Below are positions 12,130 to 24,914 of a stretch of 64,000 bases of DNA, piece by piece (the stretch's first letter is position 1; the number at the start of each line of letters is the position of its first letter). The notes below the pieces were generated by a model. The model had not been told where the DNA came from. It ran no database searches and worked only from the letters and a program-made list of their open reading frames with translations. Made by a program: the position numbers and the translations under genes. The DNA is from Lama glama (taxonomy: Eukaryota), in NCBI GenBank assembly GCA_028534125.1, contig CM052816.1:20276001-20340000 (forward strand), written 5' to 3'.

Positions 12130-12760
12130 TCATACAGTTAACAGTAATTCATTAACATCGTTTACTGTGCAGTCTATATTTCCCTGATTGTTTCAAAAAT
12201 GCCTTTTTATAGTTGTGGTTAAGTCAAGATCCACACTTTGCATGTAGCTTTTCTGTCTCAGAAGTCTCTGTTACTGTAAAATCATCCATGACTTGCTTTG
12301 CTGAAGACATCAGCTCTGTTGTCCTGGAGAGAGTCTCACACTCTAAATCCAAATGACTACTTCCTGGCAATGGGGTCTCTTTTTGTTCTTCTATCCCTGG
12401 CATTTACTGCAAATAAGAAATTGATGTAGAGATTTGAGCAGATTCAGTTTAAACTGTTTTGGCAAGAATCTTTGGTGGTAATGCTGTGTGCTTCACTCTG
12501 CATTGCACTGGGGGCTCCCAGCATCTGTGCCCCGACTTGCAGGGCTACCAGTTTGATCAGCAGGTTCTATTGGTGACAGCCTGAATCCTTCATTACAAAA
12601 CTGGGCTTTTTACTTTATAGCAGCAGGTCATCCATGGACACTGAGCTGGCAGCCTGTGAATATCCAGTTCCCCTTTAATTGTTCACCTCTTTCCACCTCC
12701 ATTGATCATCATGGTCTACTCATTGTTCTTTCATACTTTCTTTTCTGCTTACGTTCACCA
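12130..12760 (-). mobile_element. Old L1M 3' UTR fragment
   Basis: ttccctgattgtttcaaaaatgcctttttatagttg..tgttgtcctggagagagtctcacactct..ttttggcaagaat. Confidence 0.65.
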
Positions 12761-12877
12761 GAGTGATTTGCTTACAAATAGTAACTCCATTTTAAAATGT
12801 AAAATGTGTTTTTTGTTGAAAAAAAAATTGTACCAACTGCTGGCTGAGTCTGGGGAGAATAACTCACCTGGATCTAG

Positions 12878-13282
12878 CATTTGTTGTGGCAACCCTAGCT
12901 GCTGTAAAAGGTAGCCCCCAAGTGTCACTGGCTTCATACAGTGACAGCTTAGTTGTTATTGATGTACCTGGTCAGCAGACAGCTTTGCCCTACCCAGTGA
13001 TTCAGGGTCCCAGGCTCTGCTCCTTTTGACTTCTCTGTTTCCGAGGGCCATGTGACTTTTGGTGTCGAGCTGGAAGGAGGAAGAGAGGGTGGAGGATGCA
13101 CACCTGCTTCTTACCTGTCAGAAAGTGACACCCGTAGTTTCTCATTCTGTTAGTGAGAGTCAGTCGTGAGATCCGTCCTAGAGGCAAGAAGGGCAAGTGG
13201 ATTCCCTTGTTGTCCCCACCTCCCAGGACGATGCTGCACTGTGGGAGAGGGAGAGTACATTTTTGCAGACAGTTCTGCCATG
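12878..13282 (-). mobile_element. MaLR LTR (MLT1J-group)
   Basis: ctagctgctgtaa..gtgattcagggtcccaggctc..gcacacctgcttctta..aagtgacac..ctgccatg. Confidence 0.75.
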
Positions 13283-14719
13283 ACTTTCTTGGTTTGTGCA
13301 GAGCCTGGCTTGAGTGGTGCAACCACGTGTGGAAACTCAGGGCATTGTGATTGCTGCATGGTTTCCATTCGTTATAGCCTTTGGGTGTGGACTTCTCATT
13401 CTGCTAGTTGTTGCTCATCTTGCCCACTCTCTGATTCTTCCCTTGATGTCCCCAGGTCCTAGGGAGGATCTGTTTTTAGCTCAGCCTTTGCAAGAACCAG
13501 AGGAAAAAGAGATGTGGGAGGCATGACATCATCATGCATCCTTCAAGAAATTCTGCCACTAATCAGAAGAAAGCTCTTTACTCTGAAGAGAAGGCCTTTT
13601 CTCTTTAATCAGTGTTTCTTCTATTTAACATTCACTTTCTTTCCTAACCTCCTCATGAATTCTCCAAAGTTTGACAACAGCCTATAACATAGTTTGTATT
13701 CAATGTTTAGAGGGAAGCATTATAATAAGTTTTCAGAAGACATAGTTTTCGAATAAAATAGTAGCTGCTCTTATAACTTGCTTGCAAATCTTAAACTTCT
13801 GTCAATTCCTTCCCTTTTCTGAAAATAGCCCCTTAATTATATAAACATACATGGCATTGTTTTGCAATAGTTTAACATGATTTTTTCCCCTCCAACAATT
13901 ATAGAAGCCCCCAGAGAAAGAATGAGATATTATATGTCTTGGTTCCTCCTTCACCCCTCAGCTCAGGGCCAGCCACAAATATTGCTAGTGGGTTGGTAGA
14001 CTGCTTTTCGGTTGCCTAGAAAAGAAGTAACTCACAAAGTCTGAACGTTAGCACTTAAGATTAAGTTCAAGCTGCATGTGGTTTTGGGTTTGGTGGAATG
14101 TTGTAGATTTGGGGACCTCTGCTCTCCCTGTAAAGTAACTGTTTCCTTGCTGTTGTACATGGGCCAACAGATGATGTAATGTATGAATCACAGGCACTAG
14201 GAGTGGTCAAACTGAAGGACCATTTAAATGTTTCACAGGGGAAAAATGGACATGGAGTGGGGTAGGGGATGAAGAAGTAAGGCCTGTGCCAGACAAGCCT
14301 TTGTTTTTGAGTGTGCTTCCTGCCCGAGGGGAAGAAAACCACCGTGGTAACCAGGAGGAGCGTTCCCGGGCATCTGATGGCACTATAAATAGCATAAACA
14401 GTGACAAGTCCCATAAACGTCACACATGGAGGAATTGGCCTTGAAGTTCCTTCTGGGATCTAATTTAAAGGAACATCTTGGTGAAACCGAGGTCATGAGG
14501 GAAGCAGAAATAAGTGGAGAGAAATGCGGTGTGACAGCTGAACCCTCCCAGCCTGCCCGCCATGCTGCGCTGGCTCTGTGGGGAAGGACTCCGGGGATGA
14601 GGTGCTCGCTGGGAAGTGACCCCGTGGGAGACAAGGCCTCAGCAAAGCAGTGACCCCTCCAGGACTGCTGGCACTGGGGCGCCACAGGGCAGGAGCTGTG
14701 CTGAGCTGGGAAGAGGATC

Positions 14720-14915
14720 CGGAGTGAGAAGATCAGAGTTCAAGTCTTACCTCTGCCGCTTACTCTAGTTGAGTGACCTTGAGCAAGTCACGTGCCTGAG
14801 TCGGCACTCCCTCATCTGGAAATGGAGCTGAAGCTAATACCCGCTTGAACTGCTGCGAGGACTCAGTGCAGTCATGTCTCCAAGGGCAGGAAGCATGGCA
14901 GGCACACTGTTAGTT
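14720..14915 (+). mobile_element. MIR
   Basis: gagttcaagtcttacctctgccgcttac..gtgaccttgagcaagtcac..cctcatctggaaatgg. Confidence 0.8.
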
Positions 14916-16694
14916 AATTAATAAGAAGGCATCGGCCGCAGGAGTTTTGCATTGGGTCCCCCAGTCTGAGTAGTCTTCCTATTCAAGGCTTTATTTATTC
15001 TTTATGTATTTCTGAAAAACAGCCTTTTTCTTTCTTTTTTTTAAACATCAGAGTTGGAAATTTGAAGTTGGAAGACAGGAGGGCTCATCCAGAACAACGT
15101 GTGTGTGCAGCCGGGTTTCATCTTGATCTCTGGATGGGCTGTGAATGTGTCAGGTCACCTAAACCTGCCTGCAACCCCAGTGCTTCCATGAGTTTAGCAA
15201 GTAAAGCATGCGTAGACACAGAGAGACATGTAAATTAGAGCCTGCAGATCCAGAGCCCCCCAGGCTGCACTTTGTTCTGTAGAGAGGCTGAGAAGCCTTG
15301 CCTGTGGTCCAGGAGGCCAAACACAAGGGTCCTGCGGGCTCAGTGGTGACCCTGGTGCTTCTCAGCTGCCGAGCAGAGTGGAGACCTGGGGCTCTGATGT
15401 CACTGGAACCTGTTGTCTAAGAACTGTCAGGAGGGAAGTTTTTCTCCCCAGGGCCCTGCATCCGCCAGCTGTTCCTGCTCCCACCTAGCTGGTAGGAGAT
15501 GGAGTGTGTGCTTGTTTATTTTCTAAGTGAAGCTGATTTTAGTCTCTTGTTCTAGGTGGTTCTTATTTTAGCTGAACCCTATGGTGTCTGTCCTCAGGGC
15601 TGGAGGGAGGTGTTCACTGTATGCAGGAGACAGGGAAGCAGCAGGCAGGGCCTGGAGCATTGACAAAAGATTGGAAAGCTGTGTGTGGGGTGGGCATCGG
15701 GGTGAAGGGCTGGGCAAATTCGCATGGTTCGTGAAATCCTGTTGATCTTCCTGGAAATTGTGTGCACCTATTTTGTCTTCAGAAACATCCTTTCTTAGAA
15801 TTTGTTGGGAGAGAAGGGCTCAGGGGCTGGGTGGGGGATTTCAAGCCAAATCTCTTCTCAGAAGAGTGGAGTTCTTTTTGTGCTCACAACTGAAGTCTAA
15901 TTCCTCCTTCTAGAAAAGGAGAGGGAGGGGATTTGGTGTGGGGTGGGAGAAACAGCATGGACCTGTTCTTTAGGGCAGATGACACCAGGGCCTCCCCTGG
16001 ACTTGGTGGAAGAACTTTGCAGCCGTCTGAGGCTTGGAAGATGATACAGCTATCACAGTATGCTGCCTGAGTAGGCCGTGGGAGATGAATTTAATTTTAT
16101 GTCCGCTGGGAGATTCCAGCAGTGTGCTTCCGTGGTGTGGAATCATTATTTACAATGAAGCACTTACAGAGAAGTAGTAAAGTTAATGGGGGTTTCAGAG
16201 GAATTAGCCTTGTTCCATTCCCTAGTGGCAAAGCCAGCTCCCCTCTCCAGTTGCTGGATCCAGGAAGGAGGTGGTGGCAGGGGGCTAGTGGAGTTTGGGG
16301 TCAGAGGGTGAATGAAATTGGCAGGGACCCAAAATGGTGAGACCCAAGCCTTCAGAGATTGGCCCTGACCGGGCTCTGCCTGGGCCAATAGTGCTGTCTG
16401 GCCTTCCCGGGGGGTTCGGTTCATGGCTCCTGGCTGAGTAAATGATGTTAGTTCCACTGCCCATCGTGGCTCTTGCTGCTGCTGTCAGAAGTGCCCGGTG
16501 GGAGCTGAAGTGTGTGATGGTGACGTAGAAGTCAGCCCCGTGCTTACGGTCCCTGAAGGAGTGACCAGCCTGCACCATGGGGACGATAACTCACTCAGGT
16601 TGGCCACATGCCATGAGATCCTTGGGTCTCAGGTCCCCAGGACAAGGTTGCTATGTCCACCCCTGCGCCCATTCCCTGTGTGCTCTCCAGTTAA

Positions 16695-16872
16695 AAGCCA
16701 AGCAGGCGTGGGGTTGAATCCGAATTCTGCTGGATGTTGCATGTTATCCTGAGCTTCAGTTTCATTGTTTCTAAAATAGAAACAATACTGATACTAGTGT
16801 GCAGGGTTTTGGGGAGGATTATGGGGCACAAGTTCTGGAAAGCACATAGCCCTGTGCCAGGCACCATAGAAA
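16695..16872 (+). mobile_element. MIR
   Basis: ggttgaatcc..ctgagcttcagtttcattgtttctaaaatag..gtgccaggcac. Confidence 0.7.
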
Positions 16873-17391
16873 CCACACCAAGTCCTCACTTGCTGTCTGT
16901 CAGCCTCACCCAACCGTCTGTGTCTCTGGACCGGTGAGTCCACAGACTGCGCCTCCCAGGCTTCCTTACCAGTGACCTCCTGGTGGGTCCTGCCCATAGG
17001 AAGCCTGAAGATGGGCAGGCAGTGGAAGGGGGGGCCTTGGTTCTTCCTTGCTCTCTCCCTCTCTTCCTTCTCCTTCCAGTGGGGTCTCCGAGGTGGGCAG
17101 CCCCTGCAGCGGCCCTTCCTCCATGCTCCCAGCTCCTGGGGCCAAAGCCCCTCCTCTCCACCTCCAGCTGGGGTAACCTCATCTTCTCCCTTTGTGTCTC
17201 CAGCCCCGGGAGAGGTATCAGCTCCTTGCGTTTCCTAATCTCTGGGTCACCTCACCTGCTCCTTCACGCTGTTCCGGTACGTGTGTATGCAATTCGCCGT
17301 GTTCAGTCTCCTCTGTGTGGAGGACCTTGCGTGATTTCTGTGTCCCTGACTTGACTCTGATCGAGGCAGTGGAACTCCTGTTAATCATAAC

Positions 17392-17545
17392 AGGAGCATG
17401 GCCTCAGAATCACACAAGGCAAGGCTCACACATCTTGGCTCCACCCCTTCCCTGCTGTGTGACCTGAGCCACCACGTGTACCCCTGTAAAATGGGACAAT
17501 AGTAGACTCAGCTTCCTGGGTTTATTGGGAGGATTTAATGAGACA
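17392..17545 (+). mobile_element. MIR
   Basis: gctgtgtgacctgag..ctgtaaaatgggacaatag..ggaggatttaatgaga. Confidence 0.7.
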
Positions 17546-18979
17546 CACTTCTTGAATAACAGAAGTGAGAACTTCATGTAGTGTGGTAATGGACAGCAAG
17601 CATGGCATGAGGAGATGTTTCTAGAAGTGTTTGTTGCTTTCTCAGTTGGCCCAGGGAGTGCTGGGGAGGCCACTGGGAAGGGCATGTGAGTGGTGGGCTT
17701 GGGCCGGGGTATCTGTGGGCAGCAGGGAGCTGTGCGGGGCCTGGAGGCTGTGTGGTTGGGAGTGGCTGGAGCTGCCTAATATCCTCTCCCAGCTTAGCCC
17801 AGAGCTTCAGTTAAGCACCAAAGTGGGGCCCTCCCTGGGGCTGGCCCGATAGGAGACCACCATAAGTACAATGGCCTTTTCTGCAAGTCTCCAGGGCTCC
17901 GATAAGTGAGGTTGGGTCAGTGCCCCAGTGTGAGGCATCACTGGTGGCGTGGCTTTTAAAATCTACTTAGTCATTCATTTTACCTAATTAGCCAATGACC
18001 TCACACTAGCCTACAATATTATCTTCCCCTCAGAATGACACTCCTAGGGTTTGGAGAGCTGGAAAATTTCATCTGCTGCTGGGTGACCGAACTTCCCAGC
18101 ACTTCTTACTTAGATTCTCCAGTGGGGAGGGTGGTGCTGGCTCCACCCTGGGAGTTATCTGAGAGTCATAGGGCCTGGGAGGGAATGCAGGGCCATCCCT
18201 CAGGCCCACGTGGAGTGCCAGGTCAGTCTCTGTGAATGCTTTCTCTGGGCTTTTTATTTCTGGGGGAGGGAGGGGTTATGATGAGCACACAGAGCCTTGG
18301 CCAACCTTGGTAGGATCTGAATCAGCAGAGTTGTGACAATTTGCATCCTAAGCAGGTCATCTGGACTGTGTTGACTTGCCACCTGCCTGCACTCTGTGGG
18401 GACCTGCCTTTTCCCAGGACGCTCCTGGGGTTCTGGAGGTGGGACCCAGTGTTCAGAAGAGCACCAGTGGCCCTGAGTACAAGGTCCTCCCTCTACCCTC
18501 TGCCCTCCTCACTGGGAGCCCTCCGGCCTCCAGAGCATCCTCTCCTTCAGGCAGGTTAGCTCCCAGGGTGCACCTTCCTGTCCCCGGCCTTTGCCATGCC
18601 CCCCAACCTTGCTGGCGATGCCCTCTCCTCTCCGTGAGTGCAGGTCTTGTTTGATCTTTAAGGCTCTAGGGCGCTTTCCCTGCTGTTCAGAGGCCCACTT
18701 ACCTCCCCATCTACTGCCTCCTCTGTCTTGTATAACAAACATTTCATTAGATTTGGCCAGAAATGATTCTCCAGGTCTTTGCAAATGTGAGGCTGGAGTC
18801 TCTGCTGGCTTCTGTAATGCTCGGGATTGCACGACCAGCTCTATAGGGATGTGGATTTCCTGCTGGGGCCTTGGGTGCAATTCTGGGTACTCTAACCAGG
18901 AAGACAGAGTTTTCAGGTAACTGCTGTGTGGGGCAATGTCCTGGCCTTCCTCACCTGTGGATAGGGGAGGAGCACAGAC

Positions 18980-19160
18980 AAATGTTTTCTTAATTTGACT
19001 TTATGCCAGAAATGCCTGGGCAAATATTGAAAAATACAATTTCTAGGCCACATCCTCCAAAATTCTGTTTTATTAAATCTGGAGGCAGGGCCTGGGAATG
19101 TGTATTATAAAGGCAGACTCCCAGATAATTCTGGTGTCCAGTGGAGTTCGGGAAATCTGG
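18980..19160. mobile_element. MER5A/B hAT-Charlie MITE
   Basis: cagaaatgcctggg..aaaaatacaatttctaggccac..tctggaggcagggcctgggaatgtgtatt..cccagataattctg. Confidence 0.7.
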
Positions 19161-19633
19161 CATAGAACAACATGCAAGCTGGCTAATGACCCTTAAAACT
19201 ATGCCACATCCTACATTACTAGGGACAGTCTTACTCCACATATTCTGTTCCTTTGCTCCCACAGGCCACTGAAATAGCCCAGAACCGCCCAGGTTTTGTT
19301 ACCCAAGGTGAGCGTCTCAGGCCACCTCTCAGACATGAGTAAGGCAGAGGATGTTCTCCTGAGTTAAAAGAAAAAAAAAAAGGGAAATGGGGGCCTGCGC
19401 ATAAAAATAGTTAAATCATGAAGCACTTGATTTTCAATTCTCTTGGAATTTAAGGTTTAGCAAAGAGCAATCCAAGAAACTCCTCTGCACGATTCAATCA
19501 GTGCTAGAATGATCCCAGCAAGAGGAGCCCTCCTCCGTGCTGTGTCGGTGACCCCACGGGTGGCTGATGCCTTAGAGTCTTCTCTGTTCCTAGAGTGGAT
19601 GTCCTTCCTTCTGTCCCTTTCAGCCTGCTCGAG

Positions 19634-19730
19634 CAGGGATTTTTAACCCTGGCTGCGTGTTAGAACTACATACTGGTAGCCAGGATCCTTGCACTGAGGT
19701 TCTGATCCAGTTGGTCGAGGTGGGGCTCTG
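19634..19730. mobile_element. MER5 fragment
   Basis: cagggatttttaaccctggctgcgtgttagaa..gaggttctgatccagttggtc. Confidence 0.55.
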
Positions 19731-21213
19731 GCCCCAGGCCCCTGGACCTGAGCAGCACCCAGAACAAGCCATGTTCTCACATGCGTGTATGAGGTACAGT
19801 GGGGGCTAAATTAGAGCAAAATTTGAGAAAATATCAACACTGAGGCAGTTAGAACTTTCCGTAATAAACTCTAGTTTTCCTCGTCCCCAAGGCTCCTTGT
19901 TCAGTTTTTCAGATAATTTGAAACGATCTTTCTCATTGTAGCACTTGATGCTTCAAAACGACACCGACAGAGGACAAGCCCCCAGACCCCTGCTTGCCAT
20001 CAACGGTGAACTCCTGCTCTTGACAGAGCTGCTTGGTTTACTGCTTTTCCTTATCTCTCCTTTTCACTGTCTGAGCCCTCTCTGGCCCCTATGTTTTTAC
20101 GATGGGAGGCCGACCTTTCTGCTCCTCTGAGTAATTCAAATGCTGTCTCCCCAGAGCATCACAGAGGAAAGGAGGAAGAAGGAAGCCCGTACTGTTGCTG
20201 TGTTTCTTTTCACCGCCCCCTTGCATCTGACACATCTTCCGAGTGGCGGGTATTGCTGTCCTACACTGTGTGAGGGCCACTGGCCTGCAATCAAGTTACC
20301 CGCCAACCCCTCCAGCTCCTGCCCAATTCAGCTTCCAAAAGAGGAACATGTTCCTTATGTTGAGTGCTGGAAGCCTTTGCTTTTTAAAACCGAGTGTGGC
20401 TTCCTTACCGTCTCTAAGGGGAAGATGCACATCTCTTCTGTTCCTCCACGTGCTCCTTCCCCAACCCGAGCCTTGTGCTAAGAGCCAGCCAGCCCCAGGA
20501 AACACTCACCATATTAAAGTCTGTTGAATTTCATGCTCTTCCTGCACTGGGTTCCCTATAAGAGGTGAGCATGAGGAGTAGTATCGTCAGGTGGCGTGTT
20601 CCCACTTCAGCTGGTTGTCACTGTCCTTGTTGGTGACACCACCTGGTTTCACAGCCCCTGTTGTGTGGTGTTTAGCCTAGGAAATGAGTTTGTTGGAGGA
20701 GATTTAGACCAGCCAGGGGTGGGATTTGTTAATATGAAGGTGTGTGAGTCTGCACACTCTTAGGTTTCAAAATAAGCCTCTTCTCTCTTTGGAATGGAAT
20801 TGCTCTCACCCTTTGCAACTGGTTTATAGGTTTCATTAATTCTACTATTAGAAACAGATCCCTATTAAAGTCAGCTTATAAACTGTGGTAGTCTCTCAGT
20901 GGACCTGGAGCGAGGAAATACAGGAGCCTGATCACAGCAATGCCATGAGGGAAATGCTGCTTCTGTTCCTTGGCAGGGGAGGGCTGTCTTCTGCCACTTG
21001 TACAGGCAGTGAATTCAAGGCACTGCAAAGGCTTTTGTTGCAGAACTTTAGGGGAAAGGAAAAAAAAATCAATGCAGACTCTGTGTTTTGGTCTTAATGT
21101 AGGAAAACCTGCATCATGGAAAAAGATTATACATACGAGAATGAACTGCATCCCAGATTTGACAAAGTGCTTTTCTCAAACCTACCACAGGTAAAGCTTG
21201 GTTATTCTAGATC

Positions 21214-21536
21214 CACATCATTCAACAGAATGGCCACCAGCTGCACGTGGCTGTCGAGCACTTGAAATGTGTCTTGTCCAAACTGAATGTTCTGTAAGTG
21301 TAAAATACACATTCGAGTTTGGAGATTTGGTATGAAGAAAATATGTAAAATAGCCAATTGATTTTTTATATTGATTGGAATAATATTTGAGATATTTTGG
21401 GTTGAATAAAATGTATTATTTAAATTACTTTCACATGTTTCTTTTTTTCCTTTTTAAAATGTAGCCAGTAGACAATTCATAGTTACCTGTTTGGCTCTTG
21501 TTTGTGGCTTATGTTACATTTCTGTTGCACGATGTG
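21214..21536 (-). mobile_element. MER33 hAT-Charlie MITE
   Basis: cacgtggctgtcgagcacttgaaatgtg..tgtaagtgtaaaatacac..ttgggttgaataaaatgtattatt; about 320 bp. Confidence 0.85.
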
Positions 21537-21814
21537 GAAGATGAGCTCTCCCCATGCTGGATGGTGGCTGATGACTTCTAGAGATGAGGATGGCCCTGTG
21601 GTTGAGATGCTCCCTGTTTGTCTCAGCCTGTCCTTTGCTTGAGTCTGCTCTTTCTGGAAAGCCAGTCACCAGAAGGTTAATGAGATGACCCACGGGAAGC
21701 CGTCTGCCCATGAACTTCCTTTTGGAAGCCCCATCCCAGTTTGTGCTTTTTCTTTGATCAGGCCAGGAGTGTTACCTTGCAGGACCCAACCTAGAAACCA
21801 TGTCACAGAGTTCA

Positions 21815-22330
21815 GGAAACATCCAACAAACATTTATTAAGTGCCTCTTGAGTGCCAGGCACTGTCTCGGGTGCTGGGATGCAGCCGTGGACATGGCAGA
21901 TAGGCTGTTGCCCTCCCAGAGCTTACCCTCCACTGGCGAAAACAGACGATAAACAAGTACGTAAGTAAGTGAATAAGATGCCTTTAGAGACTGACAGCTG
22001 TATGGATGTAAAATAAAGCAGAGACATTGAGTCCAAAATGATGGAGGGAGATGTGGGAAGCTACTTTAAATTTGGTGGTCTTGGAAGGCTTCTCTGAGGA
22101 GGTGAAGTTTAAGTATAGGTTTGAATGACAAGAAAGAGCCCATTATGTGCTGATGTGAAGGCTGAACACACACTCTCTCTCAAGGGATTGGCACACCCAG
22201 GATGCTGTGGGAACAGCTATTTGTTCAGCGTGGGATTTCAGCCAGGTCTCTGCTGGTGAGAGCAATGTGGGAAGACTTCACAGAAGAGGCAAGCCCTGAA
22301 TAAGCCTTGAAGGGCAGGAGAATTAAGATG
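21815..22330 (-). mobile_element. L2 3' end plus an adjacent L2 fragment
   Basis: caacaaacatttattaagtgcc..gtgccaggcactgt..ggaaggcttctctgaggaggtga. Confidence 0.85.
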
Positions 22331-24914
22331 GGAGAGGGCCCTCTAGGTAAGAAACCAAAACCTGAGGCAGGAGTAACAGTTCTGGTGGTTTCATTGAGTT
22401 CATTTTTTTCTGTGCTGTTTCCCAGGTTCTGTCAGGTTTTGTGCACATGGGCGGCAGAGGAGTGAAGGCGTGTGTGCCTCTCGTGGCGTCTGTGTCTTCA
22501 CGGGGCTCTGGGGTCTCCACCTTTTCCATGAGTGCAGAAGCCCAGCGGGCTCCTTGCTCCTTGACATCTTCCTTCAATGACTTTGGGGGAGGCATGAGGG
22601 AAGAAAATTCCAAAAGGCTCTATTTTGCCATCAGGCTTTCAAAGTCATTCTGAAGGATACCAGCCAAAATAGCATACTTCACTTTTCTCTTTCGTTTTTT
22701 GAATTTTTTATTTTTTAAATACTGCAAAGTTCACACCGAGTCCCTTAACATCTGGTCTTGCAGCTGCAGGTGTTATCCTTGGTTCCCAGCCCCATGCTGG
22801 CCCTCAAGCTTGGATGGGTTTGAGGGCAAGATGACGAGAGGCATGTCTGGTAGCAGTTAATTGGTTTGGACCATCAGGACTGGAGACTGAGCTTTGCCAG
22901 ATGTGCCCCAGATTGAAATGACATGACTTTGTTCTGTCTGGGAGATGCTCCCCGCTTCCCTGCTTCTGTGCATCTCCCCTGAATCTAGTCCTGTGGGTTC
23001 CATGTGTACTCAGCACCCTAAGTCGTGTTCTGTTGGAAAAGTGCTAAATCTTAAAAATGGCGGAACCTTGCCTTCTAGTTTGGAGCAACAACACTTAGAG
23101 AGCTTAATCTCTAGGTGTTGGTTAAACACATTTGACTATATTTTAAAAAAAGTCACTTGAGGATTTCATATTTTATGCTTTGAAAACAAAGCGCAACTGG
23201 CAAGGATTTATTTGAGGCTGTGTGGTGGGGAAACTGCTTCGTTTAAGTTCATAGTGTCTGGTGGAGAGACAGCAGAGGGGAAACCTGAGGTGAGAAGGCA
23301 GCACCTGAAGTGCAGGAAGTCTTGGGTGGAGCTGTGGGTGAGGAGGGTTAAGACTGGAGATGGAGAAGTTTCTCCCAGAAGGTACCACCCAGAGCATGAC
23401 GGGAAGATGCTGTCTTACCATCCAGGGACAAGATGGGCTCATGCACTGTGGGCAGCTGCTGTCCAAAAGTGTGACTAGGGCCTCCCTTAGTTTCATCTGG
23501 ATTTGCAATGAGAGGACCTGACCATGGAAGCTTCAAGAGGCCGCCCTGTGGCTCTCTTTCCCCCTGCACCTGTTTACTCAAGGCCTCTGGTTTCCACAGC
23601 TTTTCCTGAAACGCCCACGTGTCTGCAGCTCTTTTCTGGTTACAGAGTGTTCTCAGGACTTGCAGAGGCAATAGTCAGTTGGTGAGAAGCGAGGGAACAG
23701 AGTTCCAAGGGAGAGAAGTGGCATGACTGGCTTCTGTAAATTTTGAGCATCTGTCTGTTCGTTTAAGTGTCTGTTTGCAGAACATCCTCTTTGATTATTG
23801 CATTTGTCCTCCATTCAAAGCATGAAGAGCCCTCTTGACCCCTTACAGGCCAGTCATGAAAGAATGTCTTAAGAAAAACTCTGAAGTGGAATTCCATTTA
23901 CAGAGATACGATTTGAACACCATCTCTGTTGAAAGAGCTGGGGGAGGGGAGCAGCACTCGTGGGGTCCTGCTTGTATTTGGAATGCAGCAGCTTCTCCCA
24001 AAAGGTGTGGGGCATTTTAGATTTTAACTACAGTAAGTAAATATTAGCCCTGTCTTGCTGTCGGGAGACTGAGGAACAGAGAGATGTGTCCTTCCTTCCC
24101 GACCTCCTCCCCCAACGCAGCAGACCACTTGATGTTAAGAGGCTGATGAACAGCAAAAGGAATTGTGTTATTGTTGCAAGGTTGATGGGATGCTCGTGCA
24201 TGTCCATGGCACTTATGCATATTCATAAAGTGAGAGTGTGATTGACAGCCCACACCTGAACCATTTCTTTCGCGTGCACCCTCAAAAGGCCTCTCAGCCA
24301 GGAGCCTGGGCGTCTGCCCTGACCCGGGTGGGCTCTGCAGGGACTGGGCCCCTTCAGGTACTGTCTGCCTGGAGGGTCACCTGGGGTACTTGTCTTCCCT
24401 CTCATGCACAGCTGGTGCCCTCCTCCAGGTTGCTCCCAAGTCCCGCTTTGGGAAAATAAACATTTCCCCATGACAGGGAAGCATAATTGGTAACAGAAGC
24501 CAGTACGCACGATGTGGCTAACCCAGCAGCACCCAGGAGCCGGTTTCTCTCAGGTCAGAAGAGGGGAGGAGGCGAGAAGCCTGTGCAGGCGCCCTTCCTC
24601 ACTAGGTACTTTCTTCATTCTGGGAGCTTAGGCAACCCACGTACCATCCTGGGACCCATGCTGTGGGCTCAAGACAGTGCCGTTTGCCTTCTGCCGTTGG
24701 CAGAGTCTAGAAGCTACGCAGTGGTCCAGACCTTGCTCGTGGAACACCTGTTTTCCCAGTTCTCGGGTTCACCTGCAGCTCCCATTGCCTTGCTCATCCA
24801 CGTCTGAAACCTCAGCACTCTCTGAGTGGGATGCGAACCTGCTCAATGTCTTGGGGCAGGCTGTCTAGGTGCTTTCCACACCTGCCACAGAATGTGTGGG
24901 ATTCTGCTGCTTGA

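Noticed and set aside
18775..18916. Cys-rich peptide (LCKCEAGVSAGFC) between AG and GT, suggesting an EGF-like exon
   Set aside because: Cys/Gly spacing does not fit the EGF signature and the acceptor lacks a good pyrimidine tract.
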